Source of the DNA: Lobosporangium transversale
Taxonomy: Eukaryota
NCBI RefSeq assembly: GCF_002105155.1
Contig: NW_019028997.1
Coordinates: forward strand, 682,001 to 740,700
Reading direction: 5' to 3'
Length of the DNA stretch: 58,700 bases
The stretch's first letter is position 1; each line of letters starts with the position of its first letter. Of this stretch, positions 1 to 11,806 are shown piece by piece. Below the pieces are notes generated by a model. That model worked only from the letters and a program-made list of their open reading frames with translations, did not search any database and was not told the DNA's origin. Both the position numbers and the translations under genes were made by a program.

Positions 1-1767
1 TCTTTGGCATCAATTCCGAAACTCGATGCTGGTATCGATTACTCAATCAAATATATGAAAGCACTCTCTAATGAATACTCAGTCTTGAGCAAGATCAACG
101 AAATCGATGACTTTGAGGTACTTGAAGGGGCTGATCTTCGGCAACTGAGGAAATTCCTTGAAAACAACGATGAAAGCAAACAACTTGGCAACTTGTACAG
201 GATCACGACAGAGACAGGCCATGTCAAATGGGTCTGTCTGGATCACTATCGTTGGACATATAGAGAAGCAGAACAAAAAGCGTTCAAAAAGGTAGTGGAG
301 CTAAATGGTGGCGAATATGACTTGCACCTTGGTAAAGTGACAATTACACTAGAGTCCAAAACAACAGCTGAAGAATTCTTCGATGCGCTGGCCAATGCAA
401 GACGTGTTTATGAGTTGGATATCATCTTTGACTGGGATTGGACCAAAGCTGATCTGGAAGCATTCGAAGAAGCACTAAAGACGTCAAGTGTATCGATACT
501 TCGACTTGAACTCGGAGATTTTCAAGAAAGCATTAGCTGGAAAATACTTTCGACATCCTCGCCATATGAAACACTTGCTCGCATGATAGAACTTAGCAGC
601 ATGAAGACAATCCATATTGTTCTCCCTCCGAAGACTATAAAAGTCCCCAGTTTACGATTCAATAGGCCATCACACCTTCGAAATCTAACCATTGAGATGC
701 AGCCTCGGATTGGCTTTAATGACTTTCGAGTACTCGCAAGTGCACTCAAGGCCGATACGGCTATAACCACGTTGAACTTGAGGGGTAAATCAATTGGAGA
801 TGAAGGAGCTCTTGCACTATCAGAGGCACTCAAGACTAACAGGACATTGACTACTTTGGATTTGGGGTCCAACCGTATTCGAAAGGAGGGAGCCCTTGCA
901 CTGTCAGAAGCACTCAAGGCCAACACAACCTTGACCACTCTGAACATGAGAAAGAACCCAATTGGGAATGAAGGAGCTCTTGCACTGTCAGAGGCACTCA
1001 AGACTAACACAACTTTGACTGCTTTGTACTTGAGAGACAACTCAATTGGGAATGAAGGAGCTCTTGCACTGTCAGAGTCACTCAAGGCTAACGCAACCTT
1101 GACTAACCTGGACTTGTACAGCAACTCAATTGAGAAGGAAGGAGCACTTGCACTGTCAGAGGCACTTAAGACCAATACATCCTTGACTGGTTTGGGCTTG
1201 AACAGCAACTCAATTGGGGATGAAGGAGCTCTCGCACTGTCAGAGGCACTTAAGACTAACACTACCTTGACTACACTGGATTTGATGGGCAACCGAATTG
1301 AGAGGAAAGGAGCTCTTGCACTGTCAGAGGCGCTCAAGACCAACACCACCTTGATCACTTTGGATTTGGAGTACGATTCACTTGGAAAGGAAGGGGCTCT
1401 GTTGCTGTCAAAGATAAATACGACTTTGGATACTTTGGACTTTGAATCCCAATCACTTGGAGTTGAAGGTGCTTATGCAATCGCAGAGGCGCTCAAGGCT
1501 AACACAACCTTGACTGCTTTGAGCTTGGAAGTCAACTCAATTGGGAGTGAAGGAGCTCTTGCACTGTCAGAGACACTCAAGGTTAACACTACCTTGATTG
1601 GTTTGGGCTTGGGCTACAACTCAATTGGGGATGAAGGAGCTCTTGCACTGTCAGAGGCACTCAAGACAAACACCGGTCTGACCGGTTTGAACTTGTACAA
1701 TAACTCAATTGGGAAAGAAGGAGCTCTGGCACTGTCAGAGGCACGCAAGGGGCTAACGCAACCTTGA
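1..1767 (+). CDS. Ribonuclease-inhibitor-like (28-aa) leucine-rich repeat protein; 5' part lies outside the window
   Basis: Open frame from the window start. The N-terminal part has LEGADLRQL and LGNLYRITTETGHVKWVCLDHY motifs, followed by 12 LRRs of consensus LTxLxLxxNxIGxEGALALSEALKxNTT. A 13th repeat is frameshifted. Confidence 0.9.
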   Translation, partial: SLASIPKLDAGIDYSIKYMKALSNEYSVLSKINEIDDFEVLEGADLRQLRKFLENNDESKQLGNLYRITTETGHVKWVCLDHYRWTYREAEQKAFKKVVELNGGEYDLHLGKVTITLESKTTAEEFFDALANARRVYELDIIFDWDWTKADLEAFEEALKTSSVSILRLELGDFQESISWKILSTSSPYETLARMIELSSMKTIHIVLPPKTIKVPSLRFNRPSHLRNLTIEMQPRIGFNDFRVLASALKADTAITTLNLRGKSIGDEGALALSEALKTNRTLTTLDLGSNRIRKEGALALSEALKANTTLTTLNMRKNPIGNEGALALSEALKTNTTLTALYLRDNSIGNEGALALSESLKANATLTNLDLYSNSIEKEGALALSEALKTNTSLTGLGLNSNSIGDEGALALSEALKTNTTLTTLDLMGNRIERKGALALSEALKTNTTLITLDLEYDSLGKEGALLLSKINTTLDTLDFESQSLGVEGAYAIAEALKANTTLTALSLEVNSIGSEGALALSETLKVNTTLIGLGLGYNSIGDEGALALSEALKTNTGLTGLNLYNNSIGKEGALALSEARKGLTQP

Positions 1768-1850
1768 CTAACCTGGACTTGACGTACAACCCAATTGGGA
1801 ATGAAGGAACTCTTGCACTGTCAAAGGCACCCAAGGCTAACGCGACTCTA
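742..1850 (+). repeat. 84-nt coding tandem repeat (LRR units), about 13 copies
   Basis: The backbone GAAGGAGCTCTTGCACTGTCAGAGGCACTCAAG recurs at 84-nt spacing; one unit near 1380-1440 is shorter and more divergent. Confidence 0.9.
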
Positions 1851-4569
1851 GTTGTTTATATGTGAGAGTGTCTTAGACGACAGTTAATTATTTCTGGCGC
1901 TGTAACACGTCCGGTATTGGCTAATAAATATGAACCTTTATTAGTTCTATTTGGTTGAATTGGTCACCGATATTATCTTGGTAGCTAAAAAGAGATGTTT
2001 GTTTCAAATAAATAAATAACTGATGGTAGTGAATGCTCATAGCGTCGTTGCTTTTTGGTCCTTCGATGTCCTTTCTCTTTGCGAGGAAGTTCTAGCGTAC
2101 CAATGCTATTGGGAACTCATTTTTTTAATCCCTTAAAGGATCCATGAAAAAGGTTAATGATTGGCCGCAGTAGTATGTAAACACCCGCTATGCATTGAAA
2201 ACTGTGCTCACCTAAACTTCCTTTCTTACAACTACTTCACATCTAAAATGTGCGCTGTGCCTGCTGCGATAACGACTTTATCATGGATCATTCATTTCCT
2301 TGCACCTTTGAACTCTGTTCGTTTTCTCATTCTCTTACTATCCCTCTCATCCATTGTCTCCCATAATTCGACTCCAGCTATGTACTCTCTACAGTTTTTC
2401 ACTTCATTTCTTCTGTTGCATTTCCAAGTATCTCACCGACACTTTCTGGATCGCATGGATTCATTTCTTAGGAATAACTTTCTCGAGCCGTACTTTCAAG
2501 CGTGACACATCTCAATGAGTTATAAAGGCTATCTCTTTTTCTCTGGTTGGGTGCATTTTTGGTAAGCCATGTTGGCTTCGTTGTCAGCTTCCCCCTATTC
2601 GACCTGAATGAATGGAAGGGAGGATGAGAAACGAAAAGGATCATCGCAAACGAAGTAGGTTGCTGTGTTCCTCTGAAGAAGAGCTGCTTCTCACCTTTTC
2701 ACAAAGAAGACATCTCTGCTCTATATATTTCAGAAGAGTTGCAAGCTGGAGCCATTCCGGACACTAGGGGATCTAAGCCTTGCCTTGTAATTCCAATAAG
2801 GTACGGGATACGGTACCTTCCACTCAGCACCCAAATAAGTCAATTTGAACTATTCCACCCTTCAAAAAAAAAAGAAAAAAAAGAAAAAAAAAGAAAAGAA
2901 AAGAAATACGAGCCAGTGGCATCAAGGTCAGGATCTTGGTACTTCTTTGGAACTAATCACTTTGTTTATCTCTAGCGTTGTAAACCAGGCAAAAATGGCT
3001 ATTTAGCTTCCATCAACCCATGGGTAGATCGGTTTTAGTTCTCCATGCTTTCTACAAGCAGGAAACAACCGTCTATTGCATACTAAGGAAGTAAAATAAT
3101 CAGTTATCAGCAATAAAAAAGAATCAGCAATAACCATATAGCAAGCTATTTATCATCACGATGAACTAGGTCCTCCATCTACTTGCCTCTACTCTTTAGC
3201 GCATCTCGCAACATTTACCATTTTTCATTCGTTCTTCTTCAGCCTAAATAAAAACAAAAACACCTTTCCGGTTCCTTTCGCTAGAGGTGTGTTGCTGAAT
3301 CTCCATGCTGACCTAAAACTAGTTGTCATTCGAGACGTTAAAGAATCGTTTGATTGCATGCTCAAGTCTTTGGCTCTAGCAGCAATAGTATCAAGCCAAA
3401 CTACTAGGTGGTATTCATAGTTGCTCCACTAGTACATGCTGTTACCATACCAACCACATCCGTCTCCTATAGTCAGTCTTATCACGGTTAAGATACTACC
3501 GTAAATGCGTGGTGTATTAATCGTGATGCGATTGATGCCAGAAATGCTGGTGGAGTGTGCCTCGCGCCAATGTATCTCAAATACCACTTGAATAGTTAAC
3601 CTAGGATGACAGCTGCGAGGGCTGCGAAGGATTTCCTCATTGGCACAGTTAAGCACTTGAGGTAATAATGATTGGGAGAACGATTCTTCTTTTACAAATT
3701 TGCAAAACAATCATAGTTTTCCTATGCTTGAACAATGCTGTTCTTCCTCCATGAATGTTTAAACTGATTTCGACTTGCTACAGACTAAAGGAAACTATTA
3801 GGTATGCTTTTATTACTTGCAGGCATCGTACCTAAGCTGGGTGCTTCCAAGCGTTGGTATTCAACCAGGCAAATGAGCCTCACGAGGCGAAGTGCTAGAC
3901 TACTGTGACCGTGAACGAAACCACGGGTAGTCCATCTAGTTCAATCTAAAAGCCTTGTTCATATTTTCTTCATACAAAGTCATTCTAAGATATACTCTCT
4001 CTTGAATCCTTGTATTATGAATAACATTCACACTCTCTATTGATTCTTCGGCCCTGCACTGCATTTCGACTGTGTTTGCTAGTTTTTTTTTTTTCTCATT
4101 CAATTTCCTTTTGCGCTGTAGCGTATTTGCATGTTATATTTTCACATCGAAAGTGGGTGTACAATTCGCATTTTATTCAGAACTGAAATAGGTTCACCTG
4201 TTCAAAGGTAATCCTTCAGAATAAATTCTTATTATACGCAGAAACGCCTTTGTCAAGAATGATCCGCTTCTTCTGCTCCAGCAGGTATATTTGGGTTCTG
4301 CCAAGAGTCTGAGGTGGCTGTGACTTCGGTGGTCTTCAGAGTAGCTTGCATGGCATGTGCTCTCTAGGACCGCCGTGGAATCTCTCTGTATGACATGTAC
4401 TAACGAATACGCGATATTAATAGAAGCTGCCTGAATATACTCTATATGTCAATACCTTCTTTGTATTTCTGATTGTTCACTTTTCTTGCTAGGATTAATA
4501 AGGAAATTGAAAGGAAGACGCCTCGTTTGGAGCTTTCATTCGTCACTTTGATCTATATGACCAGGAATC

Positions 4570-4680
4570 CAGAGAGGTCGACCTTGTCGCTCTTTTTGGT
4601 CAGACCCTTTCAAATATAAAGAGTTTACTTAACAAAGTTCTTGTAACTGAACCAGAAAAAGTGACAAGGTCGACCCTCTG
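4570..4680. mobile_element. 111-bp hAT-type MITE
   Basis: Imperfect TIRs of about 33 bp (CAGAGAGGTCGACCTTGTCGCTCTTTTTGGTCAG versus reverse complement CAGAGGGTCGACCTTGTCACTTTTTCTGGTTCAG). Flanked by an 8-bp TSD matching 7/8: CAGGAATC (4562-4569) and CAGGAGTC (4681-4688). Confidence 0.75.
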
Positions 4681-5876
4681 CAGGAGTCAGCAATGAGCTC
4701 TTATTCAAAGCCTATAAGCTCAGATTTAATCCGTGATGGCAGACGAAAGAGGCTTCAGGAAGAATCTGAAATATTCAGTAAACACCAAGCAGAAAGATTT
4801 TGGGCAGACTGGAGCATTGGTCTATGCCCGAAGTCACAGCAAAGAGGGCAACGATAGCATCCCCAAAGGTTAGGATTGTACAAGTAGAAATAGCCTATAA
4901 CAAATATCCTAATAAGCCCCCCAGCAAGTTCTACTCCATTATTCCAGACACACTCTTATATTTTCAATCGACTAATATTTCGATCTTCTCGATTGTAACA
5001 ACCACGACTTGTATTAGCACCATGCGAGCCTGTCAATCTCCTCACAATATTAGTGATGGTGATTTTGAAACTCAGCCACATCAGCATCCCTCCAATAAGA
5101 ATTTACATAGATGGCAGTTACTTCGACTTCATCAATAACTATAAAGGATCACTAAAACCAGCTGTACTGTTCGAAATACGGGATCATCAAAAAGACAAAC
5201 TTCATGAACGCGATGTTACATAGATGAATAGAGCACAGGGCTGATAGAGCACAGCCAGTTAGAATGAACCAGTGAATCTGTTAATTAAGATGTTCGGACA
5301 CCTATTCATATCACAATTAGAAAGGAAAAGCAACAGATCCATTGAATCTGTTATGGCTGACGATTGATAGTTACATGGATTTAATTATAATGATTTTAAT
5401 TCTATTTCATTCAGTATCCATTAATCGGGATATTCTGTAGATCCACAGTTAGGGGGATATTTATGCAAAGCCTTTTTGTAGTCATAGGCAAGTTCGCCAA
5501 TTGAGGCCTCGTCTAGAAACTACCACAACCAGACCTGATGCCCATGGCAAATAATTCTCCAGATTTGGGATTCCACGCGGCAAAAAGATATTTGTGAAAA
5601 TCTAAGTTGCAATAAAACATGGTACATAAGGCCCATGGGAAATAAAGTCCACCAAACAAATTGACATTAGTAAAAAAAACAAACTACTTCCTTTATTGTG
5701 CATATCAAAGCGGGTTTGTAGCTTGCATGTTGGGCCCCTAGGCGTGGTGGCGTTCTTGCTCATACACACTAGCGACGCTAAGTGGTCCCCTAAGGCTGAG
5801 TTAACAAATACATCTGCATATGCACAAAGTAAGTAACCTCAGTTTATCGTTGAATAAATGGGCTTACAGGAGTTCC

Positions 5877-6119
5877 TCATACTGTCGTGCAGGAAGGGAA
5901 TCCCTTGCATCGCTCCCACCATTCAGATGCATCGTCGCCGACATTGCAGTACCACATGCCTCTATCCCGCACCATCACACCAACGATTTTGCTGGGGTCT
6001 CGATATGAGTGCGAGCTGCAGAGTGTTTTAGTACGTGGATGTTCGCAGAGGCACCACTCTACTCCAACAGCCATACTTGGCAATACCGCGGCAAGCAACA
6101 CAATAACAGCCAACTTCAT
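5877..6119 (-). CDS. Small secreted cysteine-rich protein (80 aa, 6 Cys)
   Basis: ATG at 6119 begins a signal peptide MKLAVIVLLAAVLPSMAVG. The mature part is VEWCLCEH...LCS...WYCN...RCKG..SCTTV. GTATGA at the stop could also be a splice donor, so the 3' end is uncertain. Confidence 0.7.
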   Translation of the reverse strand: MKLAVIVLLAAVLPSMAVGVEWCLCEHPRTKTLCSSHSYRDPSKIVGVMVRDRGMWYCNVGDDASEWWERCKGFPSCTTV

Positions 6120-7251
6120 TGTAGTACTGCTAGCTTTTGAGTCAATATAGAAAAACAAGGTAAATCGAGATGAAGAAGGGAGGAAACAAAGAAGTGGAAC
6201 AAAGACAGCTCCTCTGGGGATGATAGTGTTGGAGGCCTCTCTAAGGAAGAGCCGTCTTTATACAAATGATAGCTGTCTTGTTTGACCTACAGCTGCGCGT
6301 TGACAGTAATGAGCAAATAAACGCCGTCCTTGTTCTTATGTTCAGACAAATAAACCCGTAGCCTTCATTTATTTACCTTGTGCCAATTGCATGCTTGAGC
6401 AATAGGTTAGATCCGATGAGAGACACGGAGAAAAAGAGAGTTCTCTTTGTCTTTTGAAAAGGTTAAGGCCAAGACCAACCTTGGCGTTGACTACGGCTAC
6501 TCGCTAGCATAGCTTGATCAACAGTAGTGTAGAAGAGTCGACAGACAGAAGCTTGAGTGGAAGAGGAAGACACTGGCGCCATGTATAAGGAAAGTGCGTT
6601 GAATTTGGAATAGAAGAGGAAGCATTTGCAAAAAGAAGTAGCAAGTCGATAGAACATACTAAAATAAGACAAGAGGAAAGAAAACTGCATGATGAGAGTT
6701 AGAGGGAATATCACAAGAAGAAAATGATGTTCATAAAAAAAGAAGAGAACGGAAAGTAGAGCATCGAAGGGTCCAAAGCTGCAGAAAATAAGTGGACAAA
6801 CAATGAACCAAGGCATGGAAATGTGAACAACCACGATGGACACCTTCACGTAAGAAAAAGGGGTAAATATCCAGGACACAGCTGCATCTAATCAATTGTA
6901 GCGTAAAGTTGGTGTAGTATTTTACTGTGGGACTTGACAAAAAACTCTAAACGTCTGAATGAAAAGGTCTCTCTGGTACAGTTCAATGACTGTCGCAGCA
7001 AACATTTGATCGATAAAGCAGTAAGATGAAACTAACCTGTCTCATGGCTGTTCAGCTTTAGTTCAAGCTCCCTATTTGTAGGGGAGGAAAAGCTGACATC
7101 GGAGGATGTTGTTGCTGCCATCATAATGATGCCTTTTGGCTTTTTAAATCAACATTTAAGAAATACTCTCTCTCTGTCCGCAGCACTTTGCCTTTTTTGT
7201 TGTTCTTGGAGCTATTGCTGATAGATCTGGTCGCGTTAGCGTCGGCCCTAT

Positions 7252-8599
7252 TCAGTGGATGAATATGAGTCTGCACTGCGAGGTCGTCAGGAAATAACTG
7301 AAAGTCGGAAGGAGTACCGCCTCCAGATGTCTTAAAGCAAGGATATCAGCGGGGATGCTATATATGCCAATACGGTACACCACGATAACATCCTCTATCT
7401 CCCTAGCCTCCAAAATCTGTATCTCATACCCAACAAAGAAGAGTCCAAACGTCCGAAAGCTCGTTCTGTCGCCGTTCCCATACTTATTGAGCATGACTTG
7501 GAGATTTGCTGCCATGGATAGCTCTATTTTATGGTAATCATACGCCATAGACCCTCGCTTATTGGGTTTCGCCTATATGATTAGCAGCTCTAGTTAGACC
7601 TCATTTTGAAGTATGGTAGCGTCGTGACAAGCTTCCTCGTTTGATTCCCCCGTCGCTCCGATCATGCGAAGGGTTACCTCCGGAAAGGTCTCCAGAAACA
7701 TCAAGTAGGGGGAATAAATAGCGCTTATGAACCACCTCTCCTGATGGATCTTCCCACCCGACCCGCAGAGTGTCTCCTAATACATGCGAACATATCAGTC
7801 GCTTGTTAGCATTTTAAGTATCGATGATAGAGATGTGAAAGGTTTCAAAACGTATTATACTAACCATCTAATCACACTGCTCAAAGCAAAATCCAGATCG
7901 ACTCTCTCAGAGTCCCCGACAGAGCTAGCCACCATATGGGGGGCAAATTCCAATATCAAGTTGGTGAGCTCCTTGAAATTGGCCGCGCAGGTAAGCGTGT
8001 TCAATGCTATGGCGACATTCATATCATAGTCGTTGGTGAGCTCTTTTTTTTGGAGGCGTTCGCGACTCTCTCTTTTGACTTGCTTATTATCATTTAAAGA
8101 TAATGCGCTGAAGAGCAAGAATGCCGTATCCTCCTTGCCGTACTCGACCGTGGTGGGGGTGGCCAGTTCGGACCACTCCTTTCGCTCAACTTCAGCAGTT
8201 GGCTCGGGAGTATCTCTTCGTGATCACTCCCGGCTCTAGGACATCCTTTCGTGTCCGCTCACCTAGACCACAAATATTAAGCAAGGCAATCAGCACACAT
8301 ATCCCATGATACACAAATACATATGACAGCTTTTGCTTTATCAATAGGCTACTACGGCGGCATACTTCATGACGGAAAGCCTCCGAGGTACATTTGCACT
8401 TATCGGTGATTGCTTTAGGCGTCCAGCTGTTCTCGCTTATTGTGCGGAGGCCAAAGTTCCAGGTATCTTCATTGGAGCCATCAGAGTATTCAAGGAAGGA
8501 AGAGTAACGCCACTTTGAATAATCTGTGGTATGAAAGTAAGCGTTAATCCCAAGGTATGTGGATGCTCACCATTTTCCGTACAGAGTATTTGTTGACAT
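7252..8599 (-). pseudogene. Decayed PD-(D/E)XK (REase-fold) nuclease-like gene
   Basis: The minus strand reads ...ERWFISAIYSP...HDATIL...ELLII*AKPNK...YDYHKIELSM...TFGLFFVGYEIQILE...VYRIG.... It has several in-frame stops, one at the catalytic E of the ExK motif. Possible first exon at 8571-8599 (ATG, then a GTGAGC donor). Confidence 0.55.
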
Positions 8600-9221
8600 C
8601 GTTGATATTATTGATATATATATAGAAATGGGAAGAAAGGATTGATGAAGATAAGGGTGAATATACAGGATGCTAGGTAAGGAACAAGTTCAACAGAAAA
8701 CAGCTGCTTTATAAATATTTTTTTCTTTTATATTTTGTAAAAACAGAAAATATGTCTGCGCAGCACAATTTCTCAATTACCGATTTGATTATTTGTTGAT
8801 GTTTTAACTTTATTTTACTGTATTATTGACTCAGTGACCATTAAAAAAGACGAGGAGGTGATGGTGTTTAACTTTATTTTATTGCATTACTGAAAATATG
8901 TGTACGAACCACAGACACTAAAGCCATTTGTTCGACGATGCATGTGTTAACTTCCTTTCGTTACTACTACTGAAAACATCAATGAAAATAAATTGTTTAT
9001 TTGCATTTAGAGTCTATTTCCAATATATCCTCACGACCTCGTGGGTCCCAGTTATCAAAAAAAAAAAAAAAAAAAAAAAATTGTGAGCCCACTTATCCAC
9101 TAGGAAGGACGAACAATACACTTCCATCCTACAAACCAATTAAGTCACTGATAGGTAAGAGCACAAATCTCACTACCTTCTTCACTGGAACTCCGCGTTC
9201 AACCTCTTATATGATGGGCCA

Positions 9222-10221
9222 ATGTGTCTGGACTTGAAAGCTCTTCGAGACTTGACTTCTATAGCTGACAAACGACGCCTGCTGATTTATTTCGCTTTTG
9301 AAAATAGCAAAGAGCTAGCATGCAAGGCCAGTAAGAAACATATGCAGACAGTGCTCCCAATCGACTCGAACATATCGAACTCGAATGGGTTCAAATGCAT
9401 TCGAATCGAAAACGAATCATGGTAAGTTCGAATCGGTTCAAATAAGCCCTTACCTAGCTCGATTCGAATAACGGCCTTAAGTTACAGATCTCTGGGTAAT
9501 TCGAGTTGTTTGATTACTTCGAGTACCGAATGGCTCGAGTGGTTCGAATAGGAGCACTGTATCTGGATATTGAAGCGGATGCTTGGGAGTGTAACATCAT
9601 CGGGTGGCAAGAAGGTCGACGTTCTTGTGCAGGCTCTAGAATCTAGTGTTGGCGTGACAGCTAAAATTGAGCTCGCCTGCAATGAGCACAAACCAGAGGA
9701 CGCATCAGATTTATACAACAATGGAGAATCAAGGTCGATCCTACCTGACCTTGAGCAATTATTTGATTTGGATAGTTGAATGTAACAAGCGCATCTTAAT
9801 GACTGCAAACCCTTAACAACTTTCCTTTTCGGCGTATCCCCCGCTAGGCTTGGACCCAGCCTAGGGTTGAGTCTTGGCGCACATGAATCGAAACAGTCCT
9901 ATACTAGGCTATTTTTTTTTTTTTATATAATACAAAGCTGAACAAGCACGCAGTACTATTTTCACCGACTTTCATAACCTCTTGCTCCACTCTCTGTCTA
10001 GCTTGTTTGAAGCCATCGATAGTGAAAAAACCTCATGGTCTTCCGCCAAATCTTTTAGTGTTTGGATGGTTGGCACCATTGATCGGCAAGCTTGCAGATT
10101 AATCGTGGCTTCGTGGCTTGAGGACGCATCATCGCCCTTCATCTGGAATAGTGACCGATCAGATAAATTATTTTCCCGCGGGGACACAATTCCATATACA
10201 AATGTATATATATATAAATAA
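9222..10221 (+). pseudogene. Fragments of a second PD-(D/E)XK nuclease-like gene, interrupted by a MITE
   Basis: Broken frames ...ELACKASKKHMQ [MITE] ...GGKKVDVLV...KIELACNEHKP carry a D...ExK-like motif. Confidence 0.4.
9349..9559. mobile_element. 211-bp hAT-like MITE with TCGAA-rich interior
   Basis: Ends are CAGTGCTCCCAATCGA and reverse complement CAGTGCTCCTATTCGA (14/16). The interior is packed with TCGAA/TTCGA motifs. The candidate 8-bp TSD TATGCAGA/TATCTGGA is degenerate (5/8). Confidence 0.6.
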
Positions 10222-10429
10222 ATATATATTATTGCATGCTGTATGAATTCAAGGAAAGAGGTAGATCGTAATAAAAAAAAAAAATAAAGGTTCCATTTAT
10301 TAAACAAGTTCGATTGTCGCTTAAATAATTTATACACATTTATACAAGTCAAGTCTATGCGGCCCCTCTTCCTGGTTGGTATAGAGTTTTTTTTTTTTTT
10401 TTTTTTTTTTAGCTTTTTAGCTTCTTCTT

Positions 10430-10762
10430 TTAGAAACCAACAGCAGTCAAGGCGATAACTATTCCTGCAATGGTGAAGACAGAGTTGGCGGCCATCAAAG
10501 AGCTTCCATTCGAGGGATTCGCAGGGTCTTCTTCAGCAGTGGTGGTGGCGGAGGCGCTAGGACGGGTAGGGCTGCCACCATTACCAGGGTTAATAAGAGG
10601 GGGATTGGAGCGGGTAGGCTGCGGTCCTGAGGGAGCCGACGGTTTCTGCGAGACCGTCACTGCGGCTGGTCCAATAGCAGGAACAGGGTCAGCAGCGATG
10701 GAGAAAGAAGGTAAAGTCAAGGCCAAGATGGCAATTGCAGTGTAGGAGGCAGAGAACTTCAT
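10430..10762 (-). CDS. Small Ser/Thr/Pro-rich secreted, probably GPI-anchored surface protein (110 aa)
   Basis: ATG at 10762; signal peptide MKFSASYTAIAILALTLPSFSIA; P/S/T-rich linker; omega-like SNG followed by a hydrophobic C-terminus VFTIAGIVIALTAVGF. Confidence 0.85.
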   Translation of the reverse strand: MKFSASYTAIAILALTLPSFSIAADPVPAIGPAAVTVSQKPSAPSGPQPTRSNPPLINPGNGGSPTRPSASATTTAEEDPANPSNGSSLMAANSVFTIAGIVIALTAVGF

Positions 10763-11806
10763 TTTAAAAATTGATTGAAATGTATGATAGAGAGGAGAAG
10801 AAGAAGAAAAAAGAGAGAGAAAAAAAGAAAAAAAAAGAAAGAAAGAAAGAAGGAAAGAAAAACGAAAAGAAGAAAGGATGGATGGAAGGATAGGCGAAGA
10901 AGAATAAGGTCCTTTTATGTCTTCGCCACTCTGATCCATTTTTTTTTTTTGGTAATCTCCCAAGGAGAGCTTTGCACTAAATCTTTCTAGAATATGTACG
11001 TTGTTTGTGTGTTTCCCTGTCTCTGGGTTGGAGTTCCCATGCACCTTTTATTCTTAAATAAGATGAATGTTTTTTTTTTTTATTCTTTTGACTTTAACGG
11101 ACGTATTGTCAAGATCATGGTTAATACATCTATTGATACGTTGTAAACAGGGAACGCTGCGATAAAATGCTATAAAATATACTCAATTGTTCGTTGTAAT
11201 TATACATGTACGTTGCCTGCTTCTTTGAACTGTAAAAGAAAAAAAGAGTTGGATCGAAATGAACAGGAAGGCGGTGTTCTCTTTCCCCCCTTTTTTCTTT
11301 TTTTTTTTTTTTTTTTTCTGTACCATCTTTTTTTTTTCTATTGCTTCTTTTTCTTCTTTTTTTCTGATTAACATCTGCAGTAGTGGGGAACGGAAAGAAG
11401 GTCAAGGGACAATCGGACATTATAGACAGACAATGCTCCTGTTCCTCTCCCCTTCCTCCTTCCTTCCTTCATCTTAAAAGGACCAGCTGCTGACTTGTCG
11501 ATGTTTTAGCAGCTAATGCGTAGTCTAATACCTGGTCATAATAACCACTCTGTTCCTATCTCTCTCCTTTTTTTTTCATGGGAGAGAAATGCTTTTAAAT
11601 AGGGTTTTGACCGAGGCCTTCTCTTTCTTTCACTTTCTTGTCTATCTCAACGGTTTATATTTTAAAGGCCACGTGCCATTGTAAAATAGAAATACATTAA
11701 TTCGTTTTAAATAGGATTGCTGGTTTTATTTTTTTTCTTTCTTTCTAAAACAAAAAAAATATTTATATTATCTACATGCTAAGAGTGTAAAAGTATTGTG
11801 TGAGGT

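Noticed and set aside
522..1358. 278-aa antisense ORF
   Set aside because: Shadow of the repetitive LRR coding strand.
2161..5600. Several short ORFs (2161, 2739, 3429, 4800)
   Set aside because: No recognisable motifs or consistent splice structure; may be decayed genes but cannot be supported.
8797..8980. Three degenerate motifs of about 35 bp (GTTTTAACTTTATTTTA..ATTACTGA) at roughly 70-bp spacing
   Set aside because: Too AT-rich and divergent to assign a function.
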